The translations under genes and the position numbers were made by a program. Under the pieces are notes generated by a model. That model searched no databases and was not told the DNA's origin. It was given only the letters and a program-made list of their open reading frames with translations. From the NCBI GenBank assembly GCA_002633005.1, contig NMRA01000001.1:1025755-1089754 (forward strand): a DNA stretch of 64,000 bases, written 5' to 3'. Each line of letters opens with the position of its first letter. Positions within the stretch are counted from its first letter, which is position 1. Positions 39,108-51,946 of the stretch are shown piece by piece. This stretch comes from Phoronis australis. Its lineage: Eukaryota > Animalia > Phoronida.

Positions 39108-40397
39108 TTAATGTTCTCTTCCTTGTTGACCCGTCTTATGACCTTAAACTTAATGATGAAATCATTCCTAGAAAACAGTCGCACAGACATCTGGGTATAC
39201 TGTTAGATGAAAAACTCTCATTCACCCCTCACGTTCGGGAGCTCGTACAAAAAACTCAGGAACTAATTAACCCACTTAAGCTTGTCTCTCGTCATCTGAA
39301 TTCTACACATTTAGAAGTTTTGTTCAAATCCTTTATACTTCCACACATCGATTATTGTGATATTATGTATCAGTTTGCCAATACGGGTGCACTCCAACAT
39401 TTGGAGAAGTTACAGTATCACGCTGCCTTACTCATAACCGGAGATTACAGGGGATCCAATAGTGTTAAGGTTTTGAATAGTCTCAAGTGGCCCAAACTGT
39501 CTACTCGACGCAATCTTCACATGACCACATTTACTTTCAAAGTAATAAACAATGTCAACAACGTTTCTGTCAAAAAAAATATTTGATCTTTACACTAGAC
39601 AAGGCCATCGTAGTGATTTGAGTTCCTCCACCCCATTTGCAATTCCTCCGTCGTTCAGTCAGGCATTCAGAAGGTCTACAGTCATGATGTGCATCACCAA
39701 CTGGAATTCTCTTCCAGTCTCTGTTAAGGAAAGCAACTCTTTTACGAGTATAAAAAATAATTTTAGAACTGTTTTTCATAATTTTGATAACTCAACTCCC
39801 TTGACTCAATTCTCCCTTCCCCGCGATAACGAAATAGCAATGTACAGATCAAGATGTGGTCTTTTCCTCAACTCTGACAAGTTCAGGCACAACTTTAGTA
39901 ATGTCTCTCCAAACTGTAAATGTGGTGACAGTCAATCTTATCCTCATATTTTCTTCATATGTCCCCTCATCGAATACCTGAGAGACACTTTTTCGTGCAC
40001 TCAATGAAAACCAATCAATTGTTAACGCTCTCAATTCTTGTAATAATATCCCTACTAGAGATACATTATCATTGAATGGTAGTCCTAACCTTGACCTCGT
40101 TCTCAACGAATTCCTCCTAAGCAACGTTAGTAAATTTTTATGTACCGTTTATCAATATTGTTGCATCTGATTTCCATACATGAATTTGTACATAATTTTG
40201 TTTTTATATATTTGTAATAGCATATCTAAGTATTGGAATACTTATATTAGATGCTACTTAAATGTATATACCTCTATGTATATTAGTTTCGTTTATGAAT
40301 TGTTTACAACCAAGATACAATGCTTCTGGATCTCTGGGTTTGTCATTATTTCTTTGTATGTTCTGTGTATTCTTCAATAGATATATATCACTTTAAA
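39108..40397 (+). mobile_element. 5'-truncated CR1/L2-type LINE inserted into the Tx1/L1 element
   Basis: HLGILLDEKLSF..HV, FILPHIDYC, LKWPKL..RR, WNSLP and C.CG...HIFF.CP motifs; 9-bp TSD AGAATGCCA (39099-39107 and 40398-40406). Confidence 0.85.
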
Positions 40398-40497
40398 AGA
40401 ATGCCAACTTCTCAGCTCTTAAATCAAATATGGAAAAAAAATTGCGTAGACCTATGGATTAGTTCCAATAAACACTGTGGGACCACCCGCGCACCCC

Positions 40498-40740
40498 GCG
40501 CACCTAGCCTAAAATATAGGGGGGGGGCTCGAATTTTTGACAATGTGGCCCTTTTATTAACAAATAACGGAGGACTAAAAATAAAGAACGGGGTACCACG
40601 TTCAGAGCTATGAATTGTGCATTCTCGCCTTTTTAGTGGACTTTCGTCTGATTTTCTCAGGCTTTTTGTTTCTCTGAGGCGGACCTTTTTGTCCACTTCG
40701 CCAAATGGGGGAAGTCCCCGAGCCCCCCCGCTGGGTGCGC
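40498..40740. mobile_element. GC-rich MITE inserted in the Tx1/L1 element
   Basis: Near-terminal inverted repeat GCGCACCTAGC / GCTGGGTGCGC; LINE coding similarity resumes afterwards; exact ends uncertain. Confidence 0.5.
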
Positions 40741-42640
40741 ACATTTGTTCTCAAAGAAACCGTATTGGGAATTACATATAGCTTAGACTTGGAAAACATT
40801 CCAAATTTAAACTACGATGAAAACAGGAAGGAAATAAATAAAACATTGCATGTCTGGTCTAGACGTAGTCTTACGACACTTGGGAGAATTATAGTGGTTA
40901 AAAACTATTGTATTACCAAAATTAACCCTTTGTTTATCACACTCCCGTCTCCTTCCCAAGCGTTTATAAAAAAAATTAGACCAAACGTTTTTTAAATTTA
41001 ATTGGAGACAGAAAAATGATAGAATAGCTAAAAATCTTATGACCCAGTATTATGACAGTGGAGTATATAGAATGGTCCACTTTTCACTTGGCTTCTTACA
41101 TAAACTTACGTGGCTCCGTAGATTAGTAAATGCAAAACAAACTTGTGGATATGTTTGGACTGGAGCATTTTGGGGAAAAGTTAGACTTCTATAGTGTTTT
41201 AGAGATGACTATTGTAATGTGATCCCAAATTAAAAACTAGTTCTGGATGGAATTTTTCCATAGTAAAAGAATTTGTGTCATTGACCCAGGGGACTTTGGC
41301 GAACTTAGAGAATCTCATTTATCAACCGCTCTGGTACAAATCCTCAATCAGAACTGACAAAAAGTCAATATTTTATAAGTCGTGGAACGATAGAGGAGTA
41401 AGATTTGTATATGATATAATGATAATGATGGGATTTTTATAGATTATGACACTTTTTGTAAAACATTTTTATTTAAACCTATGATAACAACTTTTATGGG
41501 CTTAGGAAAGCAATATACTGTCAGCCTGGGTCGGTGATAGAAATTCAAATACTAGAGTTGTTCTACGTCTACCACATTATCCGGAAGCGCTAAGTCAGAT
41601 AACAAAAGGTAAGAAAGAGTGTAGATCAATGTATGATATGTTTATTCGTAATATGAAGATAGAACCGATCTCACGGGATAAAATGGATTTCTGAGACAAG
41701 TATTGAATTAAATCTGTGTTGGAAAACAGTGTACTTAAATGTTTTTAATTTTTCTTTAGATGTTAAATTGGGATGGTTCCAATATAGACTAGCTCATAGA
41801 ATATTATGTACCAATTCATATCTTTAAAAATAGGCGTCTCGGATTTTTCTGCTTGTACATTTTGTAATAAAGCCCCAGAAACTTTGATGCACTTCTTTGT
41901 ATATTGTAACTACACCAGAACCTTCTGGGAAGATATTTTCAGTGATAGCGATGAAACAATAATGAACGCTAATGTTCTTTTTGGAATAAACAGCACGTAT
42001 TCATCTACAAAGTTACTTTTGATTCTAGCCAAATGTCACATATACTGTCAAAGATTAGGGGGCGCTTTACCATCTGTTAATGCTTTTGTTAACATTTTAA
42101 AACAGTATTATCTTACAGAGAAATATACTTTTCTAAAAATAGACAGTTTAATAGATTTAGAAATAGATGGTTAAAATTTGCTCACATTATTGTAAATTAA
42201 GCGACCATTGAATGAGTGCGTGCATGTATGTGTTCATCGTGATTTACATTGTAATGTTACTTATTGAATTATTTGACACTTCTGTCTCAGTTTTGTTTCC
42301 TAAATATTCTAATCATCTGCAACTCAGGCACCATTTCCTCGGTAACTACAACGTTAACTATTGTTGCTATGTTATTATTTTCATTAAATGTTACAAGTTA
42401 CCGTTGTTTTCCTCCTTTTTATCTCTTTTCAAGTAATAAATCGTTACATTTGAAACTGTTTCTTTTACTAGAGAAAACTTGTAACATAACGCGCAAGTAC
42501 ACACATCTAGGATGTATTCCGCCACGTGAACAGTCTTTGCGAAGTATTTAAAAATCTTCCGAAAAAAATTAACAAAACTTAAAAAACCGAAGCATATGGG
42601 ATAAATACAAAACGTGCCTCGGTTGGCGTTGATGAAGTAA

Positions 42641-42698
42641 TATCCCACGAGCCGTTATTCGGTCTCGGTCGATACGCGGAATAACGGCTCGTGGGATA
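42641..42698. repeat. Hairpin TATCCCACGAGCCGTTATTC...GAATAACGGCTCGTGGGATA, related to the 51070 hairpin
   Basis: 20-bp perfect arms; flanks resemble 51100-51165; duplicated near 42982-43040. Confidence 0.7.
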
Positions 42699-45600
42699 TT
42701 TTTCTCGGTACGTTTTGTGTACATACACGGACTAAAACCTCAAAAAGTGCAAATATCTATTGTAAGAACGCTTTGGAATCGATGTTTCGGTGCATTTTGC
42801 ATACAGTTTCAGTGATGAAATTCGAGCAAGTTTGTGTCACATGNCACATCTAGGATGTGTTCCGCCACGTGAACAGTCTTGGCGAAGTATTTAAAAATCT
42901 TCCGAAAAAATTAACAAAACTTAAAAAACCGAAGCATATGGGATAAATACAAAACGTGCCTCGGTTGGCGTTGATGAAGTAATATCCCACGAGCCGTTAT
43001 TCGGTCTCGGTCGATACGCGGAATAACGGCTCGTGGGATATTTTTCTCGGTACGTTTTGTGTACATACACGGACTAAAACCTCAAAAAGTGCAAATATCT
43101 ATTGTAAGAACGCTTTGGAATCGATGTTTCGGTGCATTTTGCATACAGTTTCAGTGATGAAATTCGAGCAAGTTTGTGTCACATGCCCCCCTCCCCTTCA
43201 AACACCGCATCAACTTCCAGATGCGCCTTTGCCTGCACACTAGTTACGCCTGAGGTTTGTCACAGTTTGCCAAATAGTCAAAAAGTATATGAGACATGAT
43301 GATATTATTGCCATTTAAATTTAAATATTTCTTAATTTGCGTTGCTTTTTGTTATTAGAGCAAGGGATAATTTTACAACGGCGTCATACTAAACGTGAGA
43401 ACAGGCACTAACACAAATGTAAAATTAATTCGGAGTAAAACTGCAAATTTGACTTTATTAATGAAGAAACTTCTCGTCTTAGTTTATTTATTTCACCATC
43501 CCAGACATATAACACAGTCCCTTTGCAGTGAAATGCAGCGAGGCAATGGTGATTTTGAAGTTGGCGGGTTTTTGAAATTTTAGATCAAGTGCACATTCAT
43601 ATGTGACGCTGTTTGAGCTATAGAAATAAAAAAGAAGTTGGTGACACCAGGCCGGAGGATATCAAAATAGAATTTAAGGAAACAATTCAACAGTGTCATT
43701 TTGCAAAAGTCAAAATGCTAAAATTCGAGGGAAATAAAAAATCGCTAAAAAATACACTTTTATCGTGTGACTACATCAATCAGTTTTCAGATATATTTCA
43801 GTCTTTAATTTAATTAGGATTGGCTTTTCAGTAACCCATATTAACTCACCATCTTCGCCAGAGGTGACTCTGTTGAGGCGGCTGTAACGGAAAAGGAATG
43901 CCGTAATCGCCACATATTTACAGATAAGTAGTAGGTAAAGACCAATAAAAAACGTAAAAATTTGAAAATAATTCAAGGCTAAGCTAAAATCGTGTCGAAT
44001 TTCCTTACAGCTAACACAGCTGAACTAACGTCCTGTAGGCCTACGCTGAAATAGCTCGTGTGCCGCATGTCAGTGGCTACGTATACCAAATAGTTTGATC
44101 ATGGAGTGAACGTTGAGTGAACTATCCTGGCTAGAGTTTTGTAGAAGCAAATAACTTTCTAAGGAAGCTATTGTGATCACGTGCTTTGCCTGTGTGATGT
44201 CTTACGTGTTTTTGCATTTTCGCCAGATTCTCGCGTCTACGGAACGCTCTCCTGGTAAATCTAGTATTGTAGAGTTTTGACAAATTATACGCGTATCGCT
44301 TTGAAATTCAGGTGTTGTCTATGGAAATATTTCCACTCAACGGAAGGAGACGCAGTCATTTTAATCATGTCTTTTCCGCTTAGTAAATTCTATATGCTGA
44401 TGTCATAGCGTTAAGTCTAACTTCAAAGGAATTTAATATATTAGACGTATTGGGCTAACCAGATAGCCCTAGCAAAGCCTCGCGAAAATGGGAAGGACCG
44501 TCAAGTGATAAGAGAAGTTGGTTTTCCGTGGCATATATTGCGTCACCGCGAGATCCAAGCACAGGCGACAAAAGGGCGATGACGACTTGTTTTGAATATG
44601 GGTCTGACCAGTACACCATTGCGAGCGGGTTTTATTCGCAGCTTGAAGGTGATTCTCGCGGTGACGTATACAAAGGCAAGCCAAATGGCATTGGTGGGCT
44701 CAAAGCGATGCTCTTAAAGGAGAATGCCACCCGATTTAATTAGTCTTTTTTGCCGTCTTAATCGGTCTATATCCACATCGCCTTGCATGCGGTCGAGCTT
44801 ACCTTGCCGAGAGGTATCGCGTTAACCTGTGAAGAAACATAAGTTCGCATTAATATTACATGATGTCAATATCGTTTTTATTTTGGAATATAAGCAAGTG
44901 AACACGTTTCTACATAAACAGACAATGGAAACCAGGCAACCGCGTCATCACAAAACCAGATTCTATCGCAATGGTTACCGCGTCATCGGAGATCAAAACT
45001 AGATTATGTCCCTTTCACTGACTATTGGTTAGAATGTTGTTTTCGCCCGATCATGATTTTTACAGCTGTGGGTCCGTGTATGTGTTAGTGTGCCGTGTGT
45101 GCGCCAATATTAGAAAAGGTTCCCAAGATTTTCTGTATACATACATGCAACTAAGCTTGAGGCGCAGATAGCTAGTCGTTGTAACGACGTGCGCTTCTTT
45201 AGTCTAATTTTAGAACACCTTTTAAGGAGATAAGTAACTGGATCCGAGTATGGCGAATATGATGGCTACAATTTAAATCAAAAATATATTTTTTCTTATG
45301 TTATATATCTAAACGAATTATAATCTGTAACCCAGGTCTTTGCATTTTCTAACAACAATCGAGAAAATTCTGGTTGGGATTCTTGGAAATATCGCGAGAT
45401 CACGCGACTGTTGTTGAGTGCCGTCCGCACACAGACGTACCCTAGAACAAGTTACTCATGGAAAGAGTAGCTTCAGCCTTTCCTTTGTTATCAGATATGT
45501 GCGTGTGTGTGGACAACCATCCACTTAAAAGTGGGATAAGTTGCACTAGTGCAAGTTGCTCTAGGGTAGGCTATGTGTAAATGGGACTTTAAAGAATATA

Positions 45601-45885
45601 AGGAAATTTTATTCTCAAATCAAAAATTCTTCCGATACATAAAACAAAAATTCGGCCTAACTTAGATTTTAAGCGTCTTAGTAGCCAAACTATGGTCCAA
45701 GAACAACATCTGGATACGAGTCAACGCCAGCAGCTTTGAAACAGACAAGTCACTTCATTTTTCCTACTTTAGTTCCGGTTGCAGGCGTAACTTCGTATGA
45801 GCGTACGAGTCTATACTACGGTAAGCTCGTACAATGTTTAAAGTATCGTGTACACGAAGGACTACGATAAATGACATCAAGAAGG

Positions 45886-45891
45886 TTTATT
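45886..45891 (-). terminator. Candidate polyadenylation signal for the GPCR
   Basis: AATAAA on the minus strand about 1.3 kb after the stop codon; position is the only support. Confidence 0.3.
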
Positions 45892-46468
45892 GATTACAAA
45901 TAACAACACCTAAATCTGTCACGGACAAAAATATTCAGACACTAATAAACGAAATGACTGCCTAACAGGACCGGCATATTGATTTCAGGAATTAAACCCC
46001 AGGAATTTCGTAATGGCGCTTCGTCATGCATAATGTTTACCTGGGTGTCACCCTCATTATCAAAAGCAAACGCACTGGATAACAATTTCATGTGTAATAT
46101 ATATTTCTGATATAAAATAATGATTTCCGTATGTATATATCTCAGTCTCATATAATATTCTTGTAAGTTTCGGACTTTCACAACATAACCAAGCTCTTCA
46201 TAGAACTTCAAAAAAGGATTAGTACGCATACATTGCTGACATTGCGTTTCTCTTTAATGTATTTTCACCTGTTGATAAAATAGAAAAAGTATTATGGACA
46301 ATTCAAAAATTAACAGCCGAGTATCCCTTTGCATCCGTTTCACTGCCAATTTATCTAAGTTCAATATTTGCATTTCTGTATCGGAATTCGGCTTCTTTCC
46401 AACCTCGGCATCCGTTGATATGTTGAAAACCTGTTTGTAAACATTTTGATAAAATAGTTCTCCTTAAC

Positions 46469-46600
46469 CTGGGTCGGATCCACGATTTTGAATTGGGGGG
46501 CAGGGCAGACTAATAGCCAGGATTTTGCCCATCAGCCATTCGAAATTTGAATTAGGGGAGGGCCATGGCCTCCTTGCCCCCCCCCCTAAATTCGCCACAG
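46469..46600. mobile_element. GC-rich MITE, TSD TTAAC
   Basis: Homologous to 3075-3223; 5-bp direct repeats. Confidence 0.8.
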
Positions 46601-47212
46601 TTAACTGACCTGTGATGCGAAAAGAGTATCTTAGTCAACGTGCTTCACATAACAATGAAGGTTTTTTACCTTATGTAGGACTCGCCAAATAACTATTACA
46701 CAACTTTTGAATTTAACTCATTTAAATTATGCACTGTCTGAAACTTGGAAACTTTTAGAATTTTGATTTTTGAGTTCATAACAATTTACCGTCAAATAAG
46801 TTACTTGAATATGCCTTTTTATTAAAATTTAACAAAAACGAAATGTACTTTCATAGCAAAACAAGGACACCAATAATATGACCAAATCTCGTTCGAATTC
46901 ATTATTTTAAAAGATGAAATCTTAAAACTCTATTAAAGGTTTCTAAATTGTCATTTCATTTTCGTTTTATACATTTTTTCTTCATAAAAATTATAAAAAT
47001 ATATTTTGATAGCCCGTCATGCAAACGCGGAACATTTTAAAATCAGTCCCTAACAGCATTTTTTACTACAGTTAGCGAAACAATTATCAGCCATTCTGAA
47101 ATATGATGCTCCGAAGTTATAGCCAAACTAAGATATTTTTCTTTGGTCCAATGTGTAAAACCAGAATATAATTCTCACGATGTCTTTGTTCAGATATTTT
47201 TTCGTGTCCGTT

Positions 47213-48835
47213 TTACGACGAATTGTCTGTTTGCGACTGACTTCCTCTTTTATTAGTAACGGAAGAAAATAAACTTGATAATAGGGTGCGATACTCTCCC
47301 ACCACCCTTTTTCTAACAACGAACGCCAACGCTATGAACAAACCCTGTGAAGAATTAAACACGACGAAAATGTACCAGAAGGCGATGTGATTGACTGCAT
47401 TAGCCAGAAATCCAAAGAGCCACGTGATCCCATTTAAAGAGCACAGGCGCAAAATAATGGAGACCACACTCCAAGTTTGCTTGATTTGTGACTTTGTCAT
47501 CTGGTTACGAATCCTTATCAAGCGAATGCCAGTGATGGTTACTGTGAGCAAGTTTATTCCTATAGCAACGCCAATGGGGGCGGCAAAGAAATAGGCAATT
47601 GCTTTCTGTTCTGATATCCAACAGACGTCACTACCGTAGCCAACCAGAAAGGGAGAGGGGTCCATAAGATGCAGGGTGAGACTTGCTCCGACAACTGGAG
47701 CTGGCATTAAGAGCATTGAGACAAAGTGTAAAAGAAATTTGAGTTTTCGCTTTGTGGGTATTGAATGTAGCTTGGTCTGCATAAGCTTGGTGTTAGACAG
47801 CCGTTTTGCTAAAGAAAGCGTAAAAAATGTTGCAGTAACAAAATACAAGAGATAGAAGTAATGCGTGAACACTGAGACAACTACGCATATCATGAAGTGT
47901 GCACGGGCGTACCAGCCAAACTGGAACGATAGCTGTGCAATCAACAGCGCTACGCAGATAGTGATCGTGTAAAGGCATGCCGATGATTTTCTCAGGACTT
48001 TAGAAAATGAGTAAGTAACAATCGTAAATCCCAAGCCTATGATGGAAACAATTGTAAGCATTAAAGACAACATGCCTTCCACCATTGAGCTTCCCGTAGG
48101 CGGTCTCGGTTGCTCATGGAAAATTTCGTTTGAAAGGTTTTGAAGAGTTTCCGTTACTTCAAAATATTCATCCAAACATACTTCGTAGTTATGACCGTTG
48201 GTTGCGTAAACCCATCTTTTGAAAATTGTCCTGTCTTGATTAGAAAAATTGACTGATTTCAGTTTTGTTAGTATTTCCTGTGGCAGATATGTTAAGGTAC
48301 AGTCAATCGAAAGACGTTCCAGTGACTCGCGAGAGCCGTTCTTGATCATGTACGCATCCACTATCCAAGCGTTTATGGGAGCTTGATTTAATACAACTTC
48401 GTTGGTTGCTAAAACATCGTCAAAATTGTGCAAGTAGCGGATGGTTTCCAACGGATTAACATCTTTCATAGTTACAATTGTATTCTCAATCTTCAGCGAC
48501 GGCTCAAGAGAGGGCGCAAACGTGAACTTGGACTGCAGCACATAGTATGGAACGAAAACTTCAAGTTTTGGTTTGAAAGACATCATCCACTTCCAGTAAA
48601 CAGACTCATCCTTTTTTAAATTAACGCCAGGAAAAATAGGGATAGTTTCCGGTGTGAACAAATGTCCAATAAACGAGAGACGATCGCGAAAAATGTCGAA
48701 AGCGTTTGTGGCATTTGTCACAGGTATTGTCACGTCAAGTTTAAAGGACATTCCTTTCACTTTTTTGAAGACTTCTTCACATCTGTTTCCATGTAGATAA
48801 AACAGCGGAGTGCAGTGCATCTTACGACAAGCATT
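47213..48835 (-). CDS. Family-B/adhesion-like GPCR, exon B: rest of ectodomain plus 7TM
   Basis: TTTCCACAG acceptor then NACRKMHC; seven hydrophobic segments, ECL2 CW, FFAAP, GITWLFGFL and NSSQG motifs typical of secretin/adhesion/Methuselah-like 7TM domains. Confidence 0.92.
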   Translation of the reverse strand, partial: NACRKMHCTPLFYLHGNRCEEVFKKVKGMSFKLDVTIPVTNATNAFDIFRDRLSFIGHLFTPETIPIFPGVNLKKDESVYWKWMMSFKPKLEVFVPYYVLQSKFTFAPSLEPSLKIENTIVTMKDVNPLETIRYLHNFDDVLATNEVVLNQAPINAWIVDAYMIKNGSRESLERLSIDCTLTYLPQEILTKLKSVNFSNQDRTIFKRWVYATNGHNYEVCLDEYFEVTETLQNLSNEIFHEQPRPPTGSSMVEGMLSLMLTIVSIIGLGFTIVTYSFSKVLRKSSACLYTITICVALLIAQLSFQFGWYARAHFMICVVVSVFTHYFYLLYFVTATFFTLSLAKRLSNTKLMQTKLHSIPTKRKLKFLLHFVSMLLMPAPVVGASLTLHLMDPSPFLVGYGSDVCWISEQKAIAYFFAAPIGVAIGINLLTVTITGIRLIRIRNQMTKSQIKQTWSVVSIILRLCSLNGITWLFGFLANAVNHIAFWYIFVVFNSSQGLFIALAFVVRKRVVGEYRTLLSSLFSSVTNKRGSQSQTDNSS

Positions 48836-49260
48836 CTGTGGAAAGAAATCAGTGAAATAAAGACACACATGACACACACTTAAAGACATACAGCACAATT
48901 TTGATGGACAAGATAACGAATATCAAACTGGAACAGAATCTAGCCACTGAAGCAGTCAGCGGAACTTCATCGCCCTCACCGCCTTCGTGATCGAAAATTC
49001 TAGACTGCTATCCACCCCTCCAATCTCGTCATTGAATACTAGGCGAGCCCGCATATCCCTTGCAATTTATTGAGACCCCATAACTGCCATAGCTTACTCG
49101 CGTTAAAGAAGATTTCTAAAATTTTCAGGCCTTTTTCACTAGCGCAAGTAATTTTTGGTAATACGCATTCATTATAGATTCAAGTTCAATAGGTATTACG
49201 TATACAAAACCTGATTAAGGGTTGATGTATGACTTCACCAACCATTCACGATGTAATAAA

Positions 49261-50047
49261 TATAGATTATTACATGGCGAAGTCGTTATCCCCCGTTATC
49301 TAGAGCCCGAGTGGATTTTCGAGAATTATTGCCCGAGGGGCGTTACTGAGCGAGAAACATTACAATGAATCGATCTACCTTTCTTGACTCGCCTCGGCTT
49401 TGTAACTACTTTCTACATGTATGTCAGAGGCCCCGGCCGGGGTCGGAGGTCGTGACCTTTTAAGGAAAACCGGGCTATTTTTGTCAAATAATGCTTTTAC
49501 TCAAAACCAATTGAAAACTTAAATATAATAGAAATAAATTAAAGTTATGAATTAAGGTTTACCAACTATTATAGCTTAAAACACGTATTTTTCACGCTAG
49601 GCTTCGACCGGGAAATTATCGTCTGCTAAAGTAGGTTACCACTGGTAACTGAATATAATTCTCAAGTCAAAGATCCTGACGACACGACATTCTCATTCAA
49701 ACTGTAGATCGGTGATTTACAAGTAAGAGGACATGAGAGAATTTTTTCACTGAATTAAGATATCACTTTTATGGAAATTATGTGTCTTATTTTTCGTAGC
49801 GTATAAGTACAGTACAATGCCCTTTGCTGAACATGCGATTGTTGCGCGTGCTCATTTAGTATTCTATTTTCACTCTTGATGACGTCAGTCGCTGCGTGGT
49901 GTAGTGGTAAAGTCTGCGACCAGCAATATACAGGACCTGGGTTCGACTCCGTCCTCGGTTTCCCGCCAAATCGTTATCTCACTAGTGAGATATATTTATG
50001 GGTTATTACACGGTTGTATCTGCCATTTGACGCTAATTCTGGTATAA
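49261..50047 (+). mobile_element. Hairpin-ended non-coding element, copy 1 (contains a tRNA-like segment)
   Basis: Reverse-complement homologous to 51168-51946 and directly homologous to 20362-20822. Confidence 0.75.
49890..49960 (+). other. tRNA-derived Pol III promoter-like segment (also on minus strand at ~51257-51322)
   Basis: A box TGGTGTAGTGG and B box GGTTCGACTCC; the anticodon arm is not canonical and differs between copies, so it is not called a tRNA gene. Confidence 0.55.
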
Positions 50048-51039
50048 CGTGTTTTATCCCATACGCGTTGAATCTGTCGAGGGAATTACGGCCATGTAAT
50101 AAAAGTTTTCCGTTTTTACCTCCCGCACTACTTCAACAGCGACCTCTGACATGGAAAGTTCAAAAGGTTGGTCAATGTCGACTCGACGTCTTCAGCCGGT
50201 TCGATCATCAAACTTTCCGAATATAGTTTAAAGTAATACAGTTGCAGCAGTGTAACTAACACTCGACATGCAACCAGGCCCTAAACGTAAAATCTGGAAC
50301 AAAACTGTTNTGGCTAAGTATAGGCTCTCCCGCGATATCCCAGGCGACCGGGGTGCTGCGCGCTACGACTCCGTTTCCGTCGTCTGCTCCACTGTGCAAT
50401 GAAGAAAATTTACTTCATTTTTTAAAGAAATTGGAACCTGAATGACGATGAAAAAACAGAAGCTGCTGGTAAGATGTGAATCACTCAATACTCTCTTTGT
50501 CAAACCTTGTCTTAAGACGATTTCCAAAGCAATCCCGTCATCATTGCCAACTCGAAAAACGGATTTGGTCTTTTGGTCATTTTAAATACGACAAATTTGT
50601 TAAGAATTGATGGCACAAAATATAAAACGTGTAATAAGCATTACAAAAAGAAGTAGGTTTCGCGCGCAAACGCTGTGGACCATAAACAAGTAGGTCTCTT
50701 AGTGTGGTACTGGTAGTTAAATCGTGGTGGTGTAGAGGTAACGCACGCACGTTCTATCCGCCAGGTCGTGAACTCGAGTCTTTGGTACTTGCAGTTTTTC
50801 CTGTTTGACACGTTCTCCGTGTTTTTTTTGCCTTTTTTCATGGATAATACTTCAGGAATCAAGGAAAATGCTTCATTTTTAGAGGTAAAAACAGAAAAAT
50901 TTCCTGGGCGGGAGAGGGGACAAACCTATGCGCATCTACAATCGTGGTTCAGTTTGCGCAAATGCTAACATCCGGGCAAAATGTTGGGCCCCCCTTGTGA
51001 TATCCTAGTTCCGCCACTGTGAAAAATCTGCCGAAAAAT

Positions 51040-51946
51040 GTAAGAAACTTAGGGATTCGAAGCGCCTTATTCCGCGTATCGACCTCGACCTTCGATCTCG
51101 GTCGATGCGCGGAATGTTTCGTGGGGATATTACTTCATGTACGCCACTCTCGGTACATTTTGTGCATTTATACCACAATATTAGCCTCGAATGGCAGATA
51201 CAACCGTGTAATAACCCATAAACTTATCTCACTAGTGAGATAACGTTTTGGCGGGAAACCGAGGCCGGATTCGAACCCGGGCCTCAAGAGTTTCGAATCG
51301 CCGACTTGACCACCACTCAGCGGCTGACGTCATCGAACGTGAAAATAGACTACTTAATGAGCACGCGCAACAATCGCATGTTCAATAAAGGGCATTGCAC
51401 CAACATTTATACGCCATAAAAACGATATTTTAATTCAGTGAAATTTTTCTCTCTTGTTCTCTTGCTTGTAAATCACCGATCTCGCGGGTATCGTATCGCC
51501 GGGATTCTTTGACTTGAGCATTATAGTCAGTTACTTGTGGTAACTTACTTTAGCAGACGATATTTTCCCGGTCGAAGCGTAGTGTGATAAAACGTGTAGT
51601 AAGCTATAATAGTTGCTAAACCTTAATTTATAGACTCACTTTATTTCTATTTTGTTTTATTTTTCAATTGGTTTTGAGTAAAAGCATTATTTGACAAAAA
51701 TAGCTCGGCTTTTCTTAGAAGGTCACGACCTCCGACCCCGGGCCTTTGACATAGCAAGTAGTTACAAAGCGGAGGCGAGTCGAGAAAGATCGATTCATTG
51801 CAATGTTTCTTGTTTAGTATGTGGTATAGATTATTACATGTTCTCAGTCGTTATCCCCCGTTATCTAGAGCCCTCGTGGATTTTGTAGAATTATCACCCT
51901 CGGGGCTAACGCCCCTCGGGCGACTGAGAACATGTAATAATCTATA
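51040..51946 (-). mobile_element. Hairpin-ended non-coding element, copy 2 (most complete)
   Basis: 26-bp inverted repeat at 51825-51850 and 51921-51946, perfect 20-bp palindrome at 51224-51243, second hairpin near 51070-51115. Confidence 0.75.

Larger units (their letters stand above)
38720..42200 (+). mobile_element. Decayed L1/Tx1-clade LINE ORF2 (RT, thumb, zf-RVT), interrupted by two insertions
   Basis: Frameshifted FNFGEDIQKWI, SRGCKQG, Q*ADDS, WSRRSLTTLGRIIVVK and CTFC..PETLMHFFVYC motifs in the expected order. Confidence 0.85.

Noticed and set aside
39044-39586. 180-aa ORF as a host gene
   Set aside because: It is a chance in-frame fusion of two LINE fragments.
42502-43185. Tandem duplication of ~342 bp
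   Set aside because: The copies are joined by a single N (42844) and differ at only about three positions, typical of overlapping allelic contig ends.
49890-49960. Functional tRNA gene
   Set aside because: A and B boxes are present, but the anticodon arm does not fold convincingly and differs between the two copies, and the segment is embedded in a repeat.
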